NCBI GenBank assembly: GCA_016782425.1
Contig: JADHYN010000004.1
Coordinates: 9,632-73,631, forward strand
Source of the DNA: Candidatus Omnitrophota bacterium
Lineage (GTDB): Bacteria > Omnitrophota > Gorgyraeia > JABMRN01 > RBG-13-46-9
Direction of reading: 5' to 3'
DNA length: 64,000 bases
Shown: piece after piece, positions 18,807 through 27,655 of the stretch
How positions within the stretch are numbered: position 1 is the first letter of the stretch
How the letters are laid out: each line of letters begins with the position of its first letter
Notes under the pieces: model-generated
What the model saw: the letters and a program-made list of their open reading frames with translations, nothing else
What the model was told of the DNA's origin: nothing
The model's database searches: none
Made by a program: the position numbers and the translations under genes

Positions 18807-19508
18807 TTACTTTGCAGTTACCTTAATGGTAACGATACCCCATATTGATTTGTCCTTCTCGACCATGCTCAAAGGCGAAAACCGCCATTTCTTCAAAAAT
18901 TCTATGGCCCGCAAATCGATTTCGGGATATCCGCTTGAGGCAACGGGTTCTATTTCTCGAACGATTCCGTTATTCGATAGAAAAAACTTGAGCTTTACAA
19001 CGTACCCTTCGGTATCATCATAAAGGCCACGTGGAACAGTTAACTCCTCCGGGCTAAAAATAATTTCTCTCTCGCTGGCGGGCCCCTCGATAGCCGGTGA
19101 AATCCCACCTCCAGTCCGGAAATCCGCGATCCTCATATCTTCCTCGGCATACAGCGGAATTTCTTTCTTGTTTTTAACATAATCGCTTAAAACAAAAACG
19201 AATCTATCCAATACCGCATCTCCGACGAATTCCTTCAAGACCTTTCTTTCGGGGCCTTTCGGTTTCAGGTAGATATTGTCAATAAAAAGTGTTGACCGGG
19301 CGTAAAGTGTTTCCGCCTGCGGCTTTGCCCCCTCGACCATGAGGTCGAAAGCGGTCTTCTCTAGAATGGGACCCAAAAAATTCACCTCCTGATAGAAATC
19401 ACTCGGCTGGACGCTGGGCGTCACAACAATACCGATGGCGGAAATCCAAAACAGATGCCATGCGCACGAAAATAGAATTGACAGGTTAAATATTCGGTCC
19501 CTGAACAA
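18807..19508 (-). CDS. TonB/TolA-like energy transducer (TonB C-terminal domain)
   Basis: N-terminal anchor. The C-terminus YVVKLKFFLSNNGIVREIEPVASSGYPEIDLRAIEFLKKWRFSP matches the TonB C-terminal domain pattern. Directly downstream of exbB-exbD. Confidence 0.6.
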   Translation of the reverse strand: MFRDRIFNLSILFSCAWHLFWISAIGIVVTPSVQPSDFYQEVNFLGPILEKTAFDLMVEGAKPQAETLYARSTLFIDNIYLKPKGPERKVLKEFVGDAVLDRFVFVLSDYVKNKKEIPLYAEEDMRIADFRTGGGISPAIEGPASEREIIFSPEELTVPRGLYDDTEGYVVKLKFFLSNNGIVREIEPVASSGYPEIDLRAIEFLKKWRFSPLSMVEKDKSIWGIVTIKVTAK

Positions 19509-19511
19509 GTC

Positions 19512-19910
19512 CTACCTCTTCTGGGTTGTCGCGATATTTATTTTCTGTATTCCCTCCGCCCTGCACATATCCCACACCTCCACAACCCTGCCTAAAGATG
19601 CTTTTCTGTCGGCCTTTATCAAAATCTGTTTTGATTCCTGTGCGGCGATCTTAAGACGTGAAGAGAGTTCTTCCGAGTCAATCTGTCTTTCGCTAATATA
19701 TATCGCGCTCTCGTCTGTTATGACGATTATTAAATTTTCTCTCTGGATAACCTCGCTCGTAAGCGCCTTCGGAAGATTTATTTTTATGCCTGGCTGAAAT
19801 ATAAAACTGGAAGTCAGCATGAAAAAAATGAGAAGGAGAAATACGACGTCGATAAGTGGGGCTATGTCGAGCCGGCCCTTCTCTAAAAATACTCTTCTCT
19901 TAAACTTCAT
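19512..19910 (-). CDS. exbD: ExbD/TolR biopolymer transport protein
   Basis: DIAPLIDVVFLLLIFFMLTSSF TM motif and a periplasmic domain. Confidence 0.85.
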   Translation of the reverse strand: MKFKRRVFLEKGRLDIAPLIDVVFLLLIFFMLTSSFIFQPGIKINLPKALTSEVIQRENLIIVITDESAIYISERQIDSEELSSRLKIAAQESKQILIKADRKASLGRVVEVWDMCRAEGIQKINIATTQKR

Positions 19911-20533
19911 GCCGTCTCTCTCTGGTCGGATAATATATTTACAAGCTCTGTTGCGCTCTTCTCCATATCTAACACGAAATTGTCAACCCTGCTAACTAAA
20001 TAGTTATAAGCAACATAAGTTGGAATCGCAATAGAAAGCCCTGCAACAGTCGTTATGAGCGCTTCCCAGATTCCGCCTGCAAGGTCGCCGGGATTCACCG
20101 GGACCATACTCATCGCCTTCTCTTCTATAACCTGGAAGGCCTTCAGCATTCCCACGACCGTTCCGAGAAGACCCAAAAGCGGTGTAATGTGCGCTATCGT
20201 GGCTAGAACGCCCAGATTTTTTTCCAGAAGCGGTACCTCGTGAATACCTGCGTTTTCTATCGCCTCTTTTATGTCGTGGCGGTGCCTGTCATATTTCATG
20301 ATTCCAGACTTTAGTATGCGCGCGATCGGCCCCCTGGTTATATTGCACATGTCGAGGGCCTCCATGACTTTATTATTTTTAACCTTGGCTGATATCTCCT
20401 GCATGAACTTTTTTGTGTCGATTTTGGCATTCCTGAGATGCCACATTCTTTCCAGAAAAACCGCAAATGCCATTATCGAGCACAGTATGATTAACCCCAT
20501 TATGGGTCCGCCTTTGATTATAAATTCCCACAT
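19907..20533 (-). CDS. exbB: MotA/TolQ/ExbB proton channel
   Basis: Three TM helices and GLLGTVVGMLKAF. Start moved to ATG 20533 (MWEFIIKGG) behind GAAGGAGG. The track extension to 20560 is encoded by the repeat element. Confidence 0.85.
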   Translation of the reverse strand: MWEFIIKGGPIMGLIILCSIMAFAVFLERMWHLRNAKIDTKKFMQEISAKVKNNKVMEALDMCNITRGPIARILKSGIMKYDRHRHDIKEAIENAGIHEVPLLEKNLGVLATIAHITPLLGLLGTVVGMLKAFQVIEEKAMSMVPVNPGDLAGGIWEALITTVAGLSIAIPTYVAYNYLVSRVDNFVLDMEKSATELVNILSDQRETA

Positions 20534-20827
20534 TTTTTCCTCCTTCAATGAGACCCACACTTATGAAAATCGAAGATTTTCGTAAGTGTGTCTTCCGTGA
20601 ATTTCTTCTGTGAATCCTGTTAGAAATATCTCATTTCTAACAGGGTGAAGGGTCGAATTGGACCCCCCCACCACTTTCTAAAATTACAATTTCTTGTTAC
20701 TAAAGGCTTTGTCTCTATTATGATGCACTATCACCACTTTTGTACATAGCATAGAAAGTGGTGGGGGGTAAATTCAGCCATATAACTTACGTCGCTTCGC
20801 TCCGTAAGTTATGGCTTCATTTACCTC
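20534..20827 (-). repeat. three-hairpin intergenic element, copy E1 (central module type B2, plus one extra hairpin)
   Basis: Fills the TPR-stop to exbB-start spacer. Hairpin A 20556-20590, extra hairpin 20616-20644, long hairpin B arms 20652-20680 / 20752-20779, hairpin C 20780-20813. The core is roughly nine-tenths identical (by eye) to 31326-31451. Confidence 0.85.
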
Positions 20828-23275
20828 CTATTCTTTCATTTTAAGCCATTCCAATCTTTCTCTGGCGTACTCGGATTCTTTTACTCTGCGCTTGGCTAAT
20901 CTTTCGTACACCTTTATTGCTTGATCCCATTTATGTACTGTCTCTAATAATGCGCCGCATTTAAGTTCTGCCCTCGCGGCCCAGAACGTGTTCCGCGGAT
21001 ACGCATAACTTACTTTTAAATATTCAATAACGGCCTCTTCCGTCTTATTGTTGAGTTCATAAGCCTCGGCTATGCCATACTGGATCTCGGCGTTGAAGTC
21101 AGTATCATCTCTTGTCTGGGCTTTTTTGAAATGCTCGATGGCTTTTGGAAAATCTTTCTTTTCCATGAAAATTCGGCCGATCTTTCTGTTGGCAGTCCTC
21201 ACAAACGGTGTATCCTTGTATTTATTTATAACTTGCTTAAATACATTTAATGCCTCGTCTGTTTTGCCCTCCTCAAAAAGGATATCCCCCGTCCTAGAAA
21301 TCGCCTCCTGGCTCCATTCGCTATCGGGGTAATTCTTGTAAAGCGTTCTAAATTCATCGATAGCCTGAAGCGGCTTTCCTTCTTCGTAAAGCGTCCAGCC
21401 GAGCCAGTAGAAAGCGTCATCTACAAAACTCGACTGCGGGTATTTAGAAATAACACGGTTAAAACGCTTCTTGGCATCCTGGAATTTGCCCTTGTTGTAT
21501 AAATATTCTCCGAACCATATGTTCACGCCGGCCGCAAGGGCGTCTTCTGGATATTTTTTTAAAATGATTTCGAATTCCTTAAGTGCGTCTTTTTCTTTAT
21601 GCATCCTGTAATAGCACCAGCCCAGTTGATAATGCGCGGTCTTCGTCAGTTCCGTATCGTCTTTTTTCTTTATAATTTCTTTAAAAATCGGGATCGCTTC
21701 GATATATTTGCTGGCGTTATAAAGTGAAAGTGCCTTCTGAAATTTTGCGCTTTTCGCAAGAGGGCTTTTTGGAATGGTTTTTATAATTTCGTCAAACTGG
21801 TCGGCCGCCAGATCAAAATTGCCCTTTTTGAAGTAGAGAACCCCTAGCTGATAATGCGCCTCATCCTTGAAGCGTGAATCCGGAAAATTTGCCAGTAAAT
21901 ACTGAAATGCGAGTATGCTGGAATCAATTCTATCCATCAGAAAAAGGAGTCTTCCTACTTCGTATTGGGCATAATCGGCCCAGATGCTTTCATGATATTT
22001 GGTCAATATAATATCGTATGTTTCAACTGATTTGTCGTATTGATTGAGTTTTTCATTGATCTCGGCTATTCTACAAAAAGCCCCGACAATGAGTTCGGCA
22101 TCATCGGAGACTTCAGTGACCTTTTGGAATTCCCCCATGGATTCTCTCAAGTTGCCTTTTTCCCTCAAAGACCACCCCAGGTTGTAATGAAACTCATCGA
22201 CCAGTTCGCCTGTCGGAAATCTGTTAATGGCGTCGCGATAAACGCTAGTGGCTTTTCCAAATTCTTTCTTTTTGTAATAAAGCTCACCGAGCCAGTAGAA
22301 AGCGTCGTCTGCCCATTGACCTTCTCCGAAATTTTCAATTATTCCAATGTAGCCTGACTCTGCCTCGCCAAGGTTGCCTAATTTCTCGTAGGATTGGGCT
22401 ATTCCAAATAGACTTGCCGCAATAAGATCAGGCTGGCGGGCGTTTTTATTACACTTTTCGAAAGCGTGGAGGGCATCGGTAAAATTTTCTAATTTGAAAT
22501 ACGCCTTCCCTTTCTTGTATATTGCCGAATTTTGCCAGTTTGCGCCTCCGGATATGGAAAGGGCTTCATCAAAATTCCTTATCGCATCCTTAAAATCTCC
22601 CAAGTAAAAACTTGACTCCGCCAGCATGTAATAGAGGTCGGCTCTCTTTTCCATAAGGGGGTATTTGCTTAAAAAATTGTATAGCCTGAGGCGCGCCTTG
22701 GCAAACTCCATCCTTTCGTAAAGTATCTCGCATATCTTGTACTCCGCTTTTACCGCCAGCCGATCCAGGGGAAATTTTACCAAGAAATTATCAAACTCTC
22801 CAAGGGCCCGGCCGTAGTCGCCGAGCTTGTAGTAGCACCACGCTATCGAATAATAACTGTACGACAGGAAAGATGAATCCTGAAAATCGTCTATGATTTT
22901 TTGATAGTTAACTATCGCTTTGTCGTAATCGCCAGATTTGAAATATACCTCTCCTGTCCAGTAAATCGCTTCATCCGCATGATCGATCGCCCGGGGGTCA
23001 TCGATTATCAGCTGGAATTCATACAACGCCTTCTTGAACTCCCCCCCTTCGTAAAAACACTTTCCCAAGAGAATGTATACGCCTTCTTTATGCGCTGAAT
23101 CCGGATATTTTTCCAGGAAAGTTTGGAGTCTCTGTGCGGCAAGGTCGTAAAATCCGTCGCTGAATGCCTTTTTGGCAAAAACCATCTCGTTTTGTTCCTG
23201 CTGGGCGTATAGGTGGTAATTAAGGGGGTATATTATAAAGATAACCGCAATGATAATATGATATATAGCTTTCAT
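20828..23275 (-). CDS. large secreted TPR-repeat protein (YbgF/CpoB-like repeats)
   Basis: 815 aa. Signal peptide, then more than 15 TPR-like units (A.YWLGE.YY..G.Y..A...F pattern). Confidence 0.8.
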   Translation of the reverse strand: MKAIYHIIIAVIFIIYPLNYHLYAQQEQNEMVFAKKAFSDGFYDLAAQRLQTFLEKYPDSAHKEGVYILLGKCFYEGGEFKKALYEFQLIIDDPRAIDHADEAIYWTGEVYFKSGDYDKAIVNYQKIIDDFQDSSFLSYSYYSIAWCYYKLGDYGRALGEFDNFLVKFPLDRLAVKAEYKICEILYERMEFAKARLRLYNFLSKYPLMEKRADLYYMLAESSFYLGDFKDAIRNFDEALSISGGANWQNSAIYKKGKAYFKLENFTDALHAFEKCNKNARQPDLIAASLFGIAQSYEKLGNLGEAESGYIGIIENFGEGQWADDAFYWLGELYYKKKEFGKATSVYRDAINRFPTGELVDEFHYNLGWSLREKGNLRESMGEFQKVTEVSDDAELIVGAFCRIAEINEKLNQYDKSVETYDIILTKYHESIWADYAQYEVGRLLFLMDRIDSSILAFQYLLANFPDSRFKDEAHYQLGVLYFKKGNFDLAADQFDEIIKTIPKSPLAKSAKFQKALSLYNASKYIEAIPIFKEIIKKKDDTELTKTAHYQLGWCYYRMHKEKDALKEFEIILKKYPEDALAAGVNIWFGEYLYNKGKFQDAKKRFNRVISKYPQSSFVDDAFYWLGWTLYEEGKPLQAIDEFRTLYKNYPDSEWSQEAISRTGDILFEEGKTDEALNVFKQVINKYKDTPFVRTANRKIGRIFMEKKDFPKAIEHFKKAQTRDDTDFNAEIQYGIAEAYELNNKTEEAVIEYLKVSYAYPRNTFWAARAELKCGALLETVHKWDQAIKVYERLAKRRVKESEYARERLEWLKMKE

Positions 23276-23327
23276 AGCAGGTTAATATACTACCACTTGA
23301 AGTAGGCCAGCGCAAGTGTTTTGTACC

Positions 23328-26123
23328 TTACTCTAATACCTTCTTCAAAAACTGGCCGGTGTAGGAGGAGTCGGTCTTTACGATCTCTTCCGGTGAGCCC
23401 TCGGCAACAATTCTTCCACCTAAATCTCCGCCTTCAGGGCCGAGGTCAATAATATAATCGGCTTGTTTTATAACATCCAGATTATGCTCTATTACGAGCA
23501 CTGTATTTCCGCCATCTACAAGCCGCTGCAGGACACCTAGGAGCTTGTCTATATCGGCGAAGTGCAAACCTGTCGTTGGTTCGTCGAGTATGTAAAGCGT
23601 TCGTCCGGTGGAACGTTTGGAAAGCTCCGTCGAAAGCTTGACCCTTTGGGCTTCGCCGCCGGACAGCGTTGTCGCGGATTGGCCAAGTTTTATGTAACCC
23701 AGGCCTACGTCGTAAAGGGTTTGCAATTTTGGTTTTACAGCGGGTATATTCTCAAAAAGGTTTAGTGCTTCCTCGACACTCATGTCTAAAGCTTCTGCGA
23801 TTGATTTACCCTTATATTTTACGGTGAGAGTCTGTTCGTTGAACCTCTCGCCTTTACACACCTCGCAGGGAACATAAACATCTGGCAGAAAATGCATCTC
23901 TATTTTCTTTATACCGTCTCCCGCACATGCCTCACATCGTCCGCCTTTAACGTTAAAACTAAACCTGCCGGGTTTATAGCCCCTCATCCTTGACTCGGGT
24001 AGTCTTGAAAAAAGAAGCCTTATGGGGCCAAAGGCACCCGTATATGTTGTTGGGTTGCTTCTCGGGGTTCTTCCGATCGGCGACTGGTCTATTACTATTA
24101 CCTTATCGATATTTTCTGTGCCTGCGATTTTCTTATGAAGCCCGGGTTTTTCTTTGGACCTGTAAAACTTCTTGGCGAGCGCCCTGTATAGAATCTCGTC
24201 GACGAGAGTGCTCTTGCCGGACCCGGAGACGCCTGTGATGCAGGTAAAGGTGCCCATAGGTATTTCAACGTCTATATCCTTCAAATTATGCTCTCTTGCG
24301 CCTATGATTTTCAGCAGTTTCCTTCCTCTATATTTCCGCCTTTTTTGGGGGACTTTGATCCTCAATTCGCCTTTCAGGTATTTGCCTGTTATTGATTTTT
24401 TCTCTTTCAGGACTTCTCGGATGGGACCGCAGGCGATGACCTTGCCGCCATGTTCTCCGGCGCCCGGACCGAGATCGATTAGGTAATCGGATTTGCGCAT
24501 CGTCGCTTCGTCGTGTTCTATCACGAGGAGCGTATTTCCCAAATCACGAAGCGCTACAAGTGTATCTAATAATTTGGAATTGTCCCTTTGATGCAGCCCT
24601 ATGCTTGGCTCGTCGAGAATATATAACACCCCGACTAATCCGGCGCCAATTTGCGTAGCCAGACGAATACGCTGCGCCTCGCCGCCTGAAAGGGTGCTGC
24701 TTCGCCTCTCAAGCGTAAGGTAATCAAGTCCTACGTTCTGCATGAAGGTAAGTCGTGAAATTATTTCTTTTAAAACCTGGTGCGCTATCATCTTTTCGGT
24801 ACTAGTCAATTTTAATCCGGTAAAAAAAATCTTCGCCGCTTTTACAGATAGTTCTGTTACCTCCGTTATGTTTTTTCCCCCGACGGTAACCGCCAGTACC
24901 TCGGGTTTTAATCTTTTTCCGCGACACGCAGGGCACGGCAGAACTGACATGCGTTTATTGATTTCGGTTTTAATGTACTCTGATTCTGTTTCATGGAATC
25001 TTCGCTCAAGGTTTGGGATTACACCTTCGAACCATCCATCCGGTTCATCTTCGCCGTAAAGGATGATCTTTCTTATTTCCTTCGTCAGTTTATTAAAGGG
25101 TGTCGTGACATCGAAATCGTAGTCTCTTGCCAATGACCTTAAGTATCGCCTGAAATAAAGAATAAGCCCTTTTCCTCCCCTTCTCCATGGTTCAATCGCT
25201 TCTATGAGGGGCTTTGATTTGTCCGGTATAACCAACTCTGGATCGATTTCGATCTTATTGCCGAGCCCGCCGCAAAGATTGCATGCGCCGTAGGGACTGT
25301 TAAATGAAAACATTCTTGGCGCCAGTTCTTCAAAGCTCAAGGCGCAATTTGCGCAGGCGTTCTTTTCGCTAAATAAAATGTCTCGGCTTTTATTGTTCTT
25401 GTCGGTAAGGTTGATGACCACGACACCCCCACCCATGGAGATCGCTGTTTCAACGGAATCCGAGAGCCGCTTCTTCATATTATCGCTTATGAGGAGCCTA
25501 TCTATTACCACCTCGACGGTATGTTTTTTGTTTTTGTGGAGTTTTATGTCTTCGTCTTCCAAATTTATCAACTTTCCGTCGACCCTGGCGCGGAGAAAAC
25601 CGTCCTTTCTGAGTTGATCAAACAGATTCCTATATTCTCCTTTTCTCCCTTTTATCCGGGGTGCAAGGAGCATGATTTTTGCTTTTCTAGGTAACTCCAT
25701 GATTTTTTCCGTGATTTCCTGCGGGCTCTGTCTCGTAATTTGCCTCTGGCATTTCGGGCAATGCGGGATGCCGATTCTGGCAAAAAGAAGCCTCAGATAG
25801 TCGTAAATTTCTGTCTGCGTGCCGACCGTGGAACGGGGATTCGAACCAGCAGTGCGCTGTTCGATACTTATTGCGGGTGAGAGGCCTTCTATGTATTCGA
25901 CGTTGGGCTTTTGAAGTTGTTCGAGAAACTGCCTCGCGTAACTAGACAGGCTCTCAACGTATCTTCGTTGGCCTTCGGCGTAAATCGTGTCAAACGCAAG
26001 CGAGCTTTTTCCCGAGCCGGATAATCCTGTTATTACGCAAAGCGTGTTGCGTGGAATTGTTACATCGATATTCTTTAAATTGTGCTCTTTGGCACCCTTT
26101 ATAAATATATTCTTCTTCTCCAT
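23328..26123 (-). CDS. uvrA: excinuclease ABC subunit A
   Basis: Two ABC modules ([26 protein letters not shown] twice) and zinc-finger CxxC pairs. Confidence 0.97.
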   Translation of the reverse strand: MEKKNIFIKGAKEHNLKNIDVTIPRNTLCVITGLSGSGKSSLAFDTIYAEGQRRYVESLSSYARQFLEQLQKPNVEYIEGLSPAISIEQRTAGSNPRSTVGTQTEIYDYLRLLFARIGIPHCPKCQRQITRQSPQEITEKIMELPRKAKIMLLAPRIKGRKGEYRNLFDQLRKDGFLRARVDGKLINLEDEDIKLHKNKKHTVEVVIDRLLISDNMKKRLSDSVETAISMGGGVVVINLTDKNNKSRDILFSEKNACANCALSFEELAPRMFSFNSPYGACNLCGGLGNKIEIDPELVIPDKSKPLIEAIEPWRRGGKGLILYFRRYLRSLARDYDFDVTTPFNKLTKEIRKIILYGEDEPDGWFEGVIPNLERRFHETESEYIKTEINKRMSVLPCPACRGKRLKPEVLAVTVGGKNITEVTELSVKAAKIFFTGLKLTSTEKMIAHQVLKEIISRLTFMQNVGLDYLTLERRSSTLSGGEAQRIRLATQIGAGLVGVLYILDEPSIGLHQRDNSKLLDTLVALRDLGNTLLVIEHDEATMRKSDYLIDLGPGAGEHGGKVIACGPIREVLKEKKSITGKYLKGELRIKVPQKRRKYRGRKLLKIIGAREHNLKDIDVEIPMGTFTCITGVSGSGKSTLVDEILYRALAKKFYRSKEKPGLHKKIAGTENIDKVIVIDQSPIGRTPRSNPTTYTGAFGPIRLLFSRLPESRMRGYKPGRFSFNVKGGRCEACAGDGIKKIEMHFLPDVYVPCEVCKGERFNEQTLTVKYKGKSIAEALDMSVEEALNLFENIPAVKPKLQTLYDVGLGYIKLGQSATTLSGGEAQRVKLSTELSKRSTGRTLYILDEPTTGLHFADIDKLLGVLQRLVDGGNTVLVIEHNLDVIKQADYIIDLGPEGGDLGGRIVAEGSPEEIVKTDSSYTGQFLKKVLE

Positions 26124-26271
26124 AGGTGTAATATCTTACCACGATTATATAAAGTTTTAAATAAGTTTCTAGCTTATTAGATAATGAAGATACGGGGGTT
26201 CTCGGCCCAATATCCCCATAATAACTAACATGCGAGAGATTGCTGAAAAAGTCTTAACACACCAGCAACCT

Positions 26272-26356
26272 CTGATTACAAAGATTAGATATAGATTACA
26301 CAGATTAAAGTCTCGACGATAACAATCTGTGTAATCTTGAGCAATCTGTGTAATCA
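26272..26356. repeat. four 13-15-bp boxes (GATTACAMAGATT twice, then AATCTGTGTAATC twice) forming an ~85-nt imperfect inverted repeat
   Basis: ctGATTACAAAGATTa (26272), aGATTACACAGATTa (26294), cAATCTGTGTAATCt (26323), cAATCTGTGTAATCa (26342). Confidence 0.7.
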
Positions 26357-26397
26357 GAGGTCTCTGACCTAAAGTTAGGAGTTTTCAGAGACCTCTG
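26355..26397 (+). promoter_or_regulatory. promoter-upstream inverted-repeat module, copy 1
   Basis: CAGAGGTCTCTGAcctaaagttaggagttttCAGAGACCTCTG ends 9 nt before TTGACA. The same module lies in the opposite orientation at 62056-62097. Confidence 0.7.
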
Positions 26398-26406
26398 CGA
26401 TATCGC

Positions 26407-26434
26407 TTGACACCGCAATTCGTTATGCTACACT
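26407..26434 (+). promoter_or_regulatory. sigma70-type promoter of the GAF-GGDEF gene
   Basis: TTGACA-16 nt-TACACT. The -10 ends at 26434, immediately before ATG 26435, and a second in-frame ATG lies at 26444. Confidence 0.4.
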
Positions 26435-27655
26435 ATGCTCGTTATGGCGCTATTAAACCCGTTAGGACGAGGAGATTCTGAAAGGATCAAGCGAGAACTC
26501 AGCATACTCTACGAGGTATCTAATGCCATGAGGACCACGCTTAAGCTCGACCATATCTTCTACATGATCTTAACTGCTCTTACCTCGCACGAAGGCCTGG
26601 GGTTTAACCGGGCCATGCTTTTTTTGGTAAGCGAAAAAAGCGACTTCCTGGAAGGTAAGATGGGAATCGGGCCCCACTCGGGCGAAGAGGCCGACAGGAT
26701 ATGGAAAGGAATCGAAGAGGCTAAATTAAGCCTGGAGGACCTTCTTAATTCCTATGACAAGTTTAAGCGCGATCCTGAATCAAAATTGAATGCTATGGTA
26801 AAAAGCGTAAAAATCGCCCTTACCGAAGACATGGGCATACTTGCCCTTACGATCCTGGAAGGGATGCCTTTTGAAGTTACTACCGACGAGGCGAAAAAAA
26901 AGGTCTCACCCATAATACAGAATAACTTAAACACGGAATATTTTGTCACGGTCCCGCTAAAATCCAAGAACAAAACACTTGGCGCAATCCTCGTCGATAA
27001 CATATTCACGAAAAAGCCCATCACGAAATCCGACATGCGGATTCTGACCATGTTCGCAAACCACGCCGGGCTTGCGATTGAGAACTCTCGCCTTTACGAA
27101 GAAACCGAGTACCTGTCAAAAACGGACTGGCTTACGAAACTGTGGAATTCCGGAGAACTTCGCAAAAAACTCGAAAAGGAATTGGGGATAAGTAGAGTCA
27201 CGGATAAAAACTTAAGCGTGCTCATGATCGACATCGATAATTTCAAGCCGTATAATGACTCCGTCGGTCACCAGGAGGGTGACGAAGCCATTAAGACAAT
27301 CGCTTCCCACCTCGGCAGTAAGTCCAGAAAAGCTGATTTTGTCGCAAGATACGGCGGCGAAGAATTCACTATCATAATGCCCAATACGCCCAAGCAGGTA
27401 GCGGCGACCATCGCAGAAAGATTACGAAAAGAAATCGCAGGGCTTTTCGCCCAAACAGAAGTTCCGAAAGGAATACCCCATCTGACCGTAAGTATCGGTA
27501 TTTCGACATTTCCTTATGACGGTGGCGACAAAGACAATCTTATACACAGGGCTGACATCGCGCTTTACGAGGCCAAAAAACAGGGTAAAAATAAGGTGTG
27601 TACGTATAATCCGCGTTTAAAAAAGGGTCTCTTCGGGTTTAAAAAAAGGTATTAA
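26435..27655 (+). CDS. cytoplasmic GAF-GGDEF diguanylate cyclase
   Basis: GAF domain (ILYEVSNAM..GFNRAMLFLV), GGDEF with GGEEF and an RKAD I-site. The start may be 26444 if the mRNA is leaderless. Confidence 0.85.
   Translation: MLVMALLNPLGRGDSERIKRELSILYEVSNAMRTTLKLDHIFYMILTALTSHEGLGFNRAMLFLVSEKSDFLEGKMGIGPHSGEEADRIWKGIEEAKLSLEDLLNSYDKFKRDPESKLNAMVKSVKIALTEDMGILALTILEGMPFEVTTDEAKKKVSPIIQNNLNTEYFVTVPLKSKNKTLGAILVDNIFTKKPITKSDMRILTMFANHAGLAIENSRLYEETEYLSKTDWLTKLWNSGELRKKLEKELGISRVTDKNLSVLMIDIDNFKPYNDSVGHQEGDEAIKTIASHLGSKSRKADFVARYGGEEFTIIMPNTPKQVAATIAERLRKEIAGLFAQTEVPKGIPHLTVSIGISTFPYDGGDKDNLIHRADIALYEAKKQGKNKVCTYNPRLKKGLFGFKKRY

Noticed and set aside
20534-20827. The idea that the hairpin elements are integron attC sites separating gene cassettes.
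   Set aside because: There is no integron integrase or attI. The flanking genes are core housekeeping genes in conserved operon order, and the hairpin termini do not match the RYYYAAC/GTTRRRY attC cores.
26144-26172. uvrA promoter from a perfect TATAAT at 26144-26149 (minus strand).
   Set aside because: The best -35 at 17-18 nt is CTAGAA or GCTAGA (2 of 6 matches) and there is no extended -10 TG. This is too weak to call without transcription start data.
26290-26360. LexA/SOS box upstream of uvrA (CTGT / ACAG cores in the 13-bp boxes).
   Set aside because: The geometry is ACAG..CTGT with long spacing, not CTGT-N8-ACAG, and no other known LexA motif fits. It is kept only as an unexplained box array.
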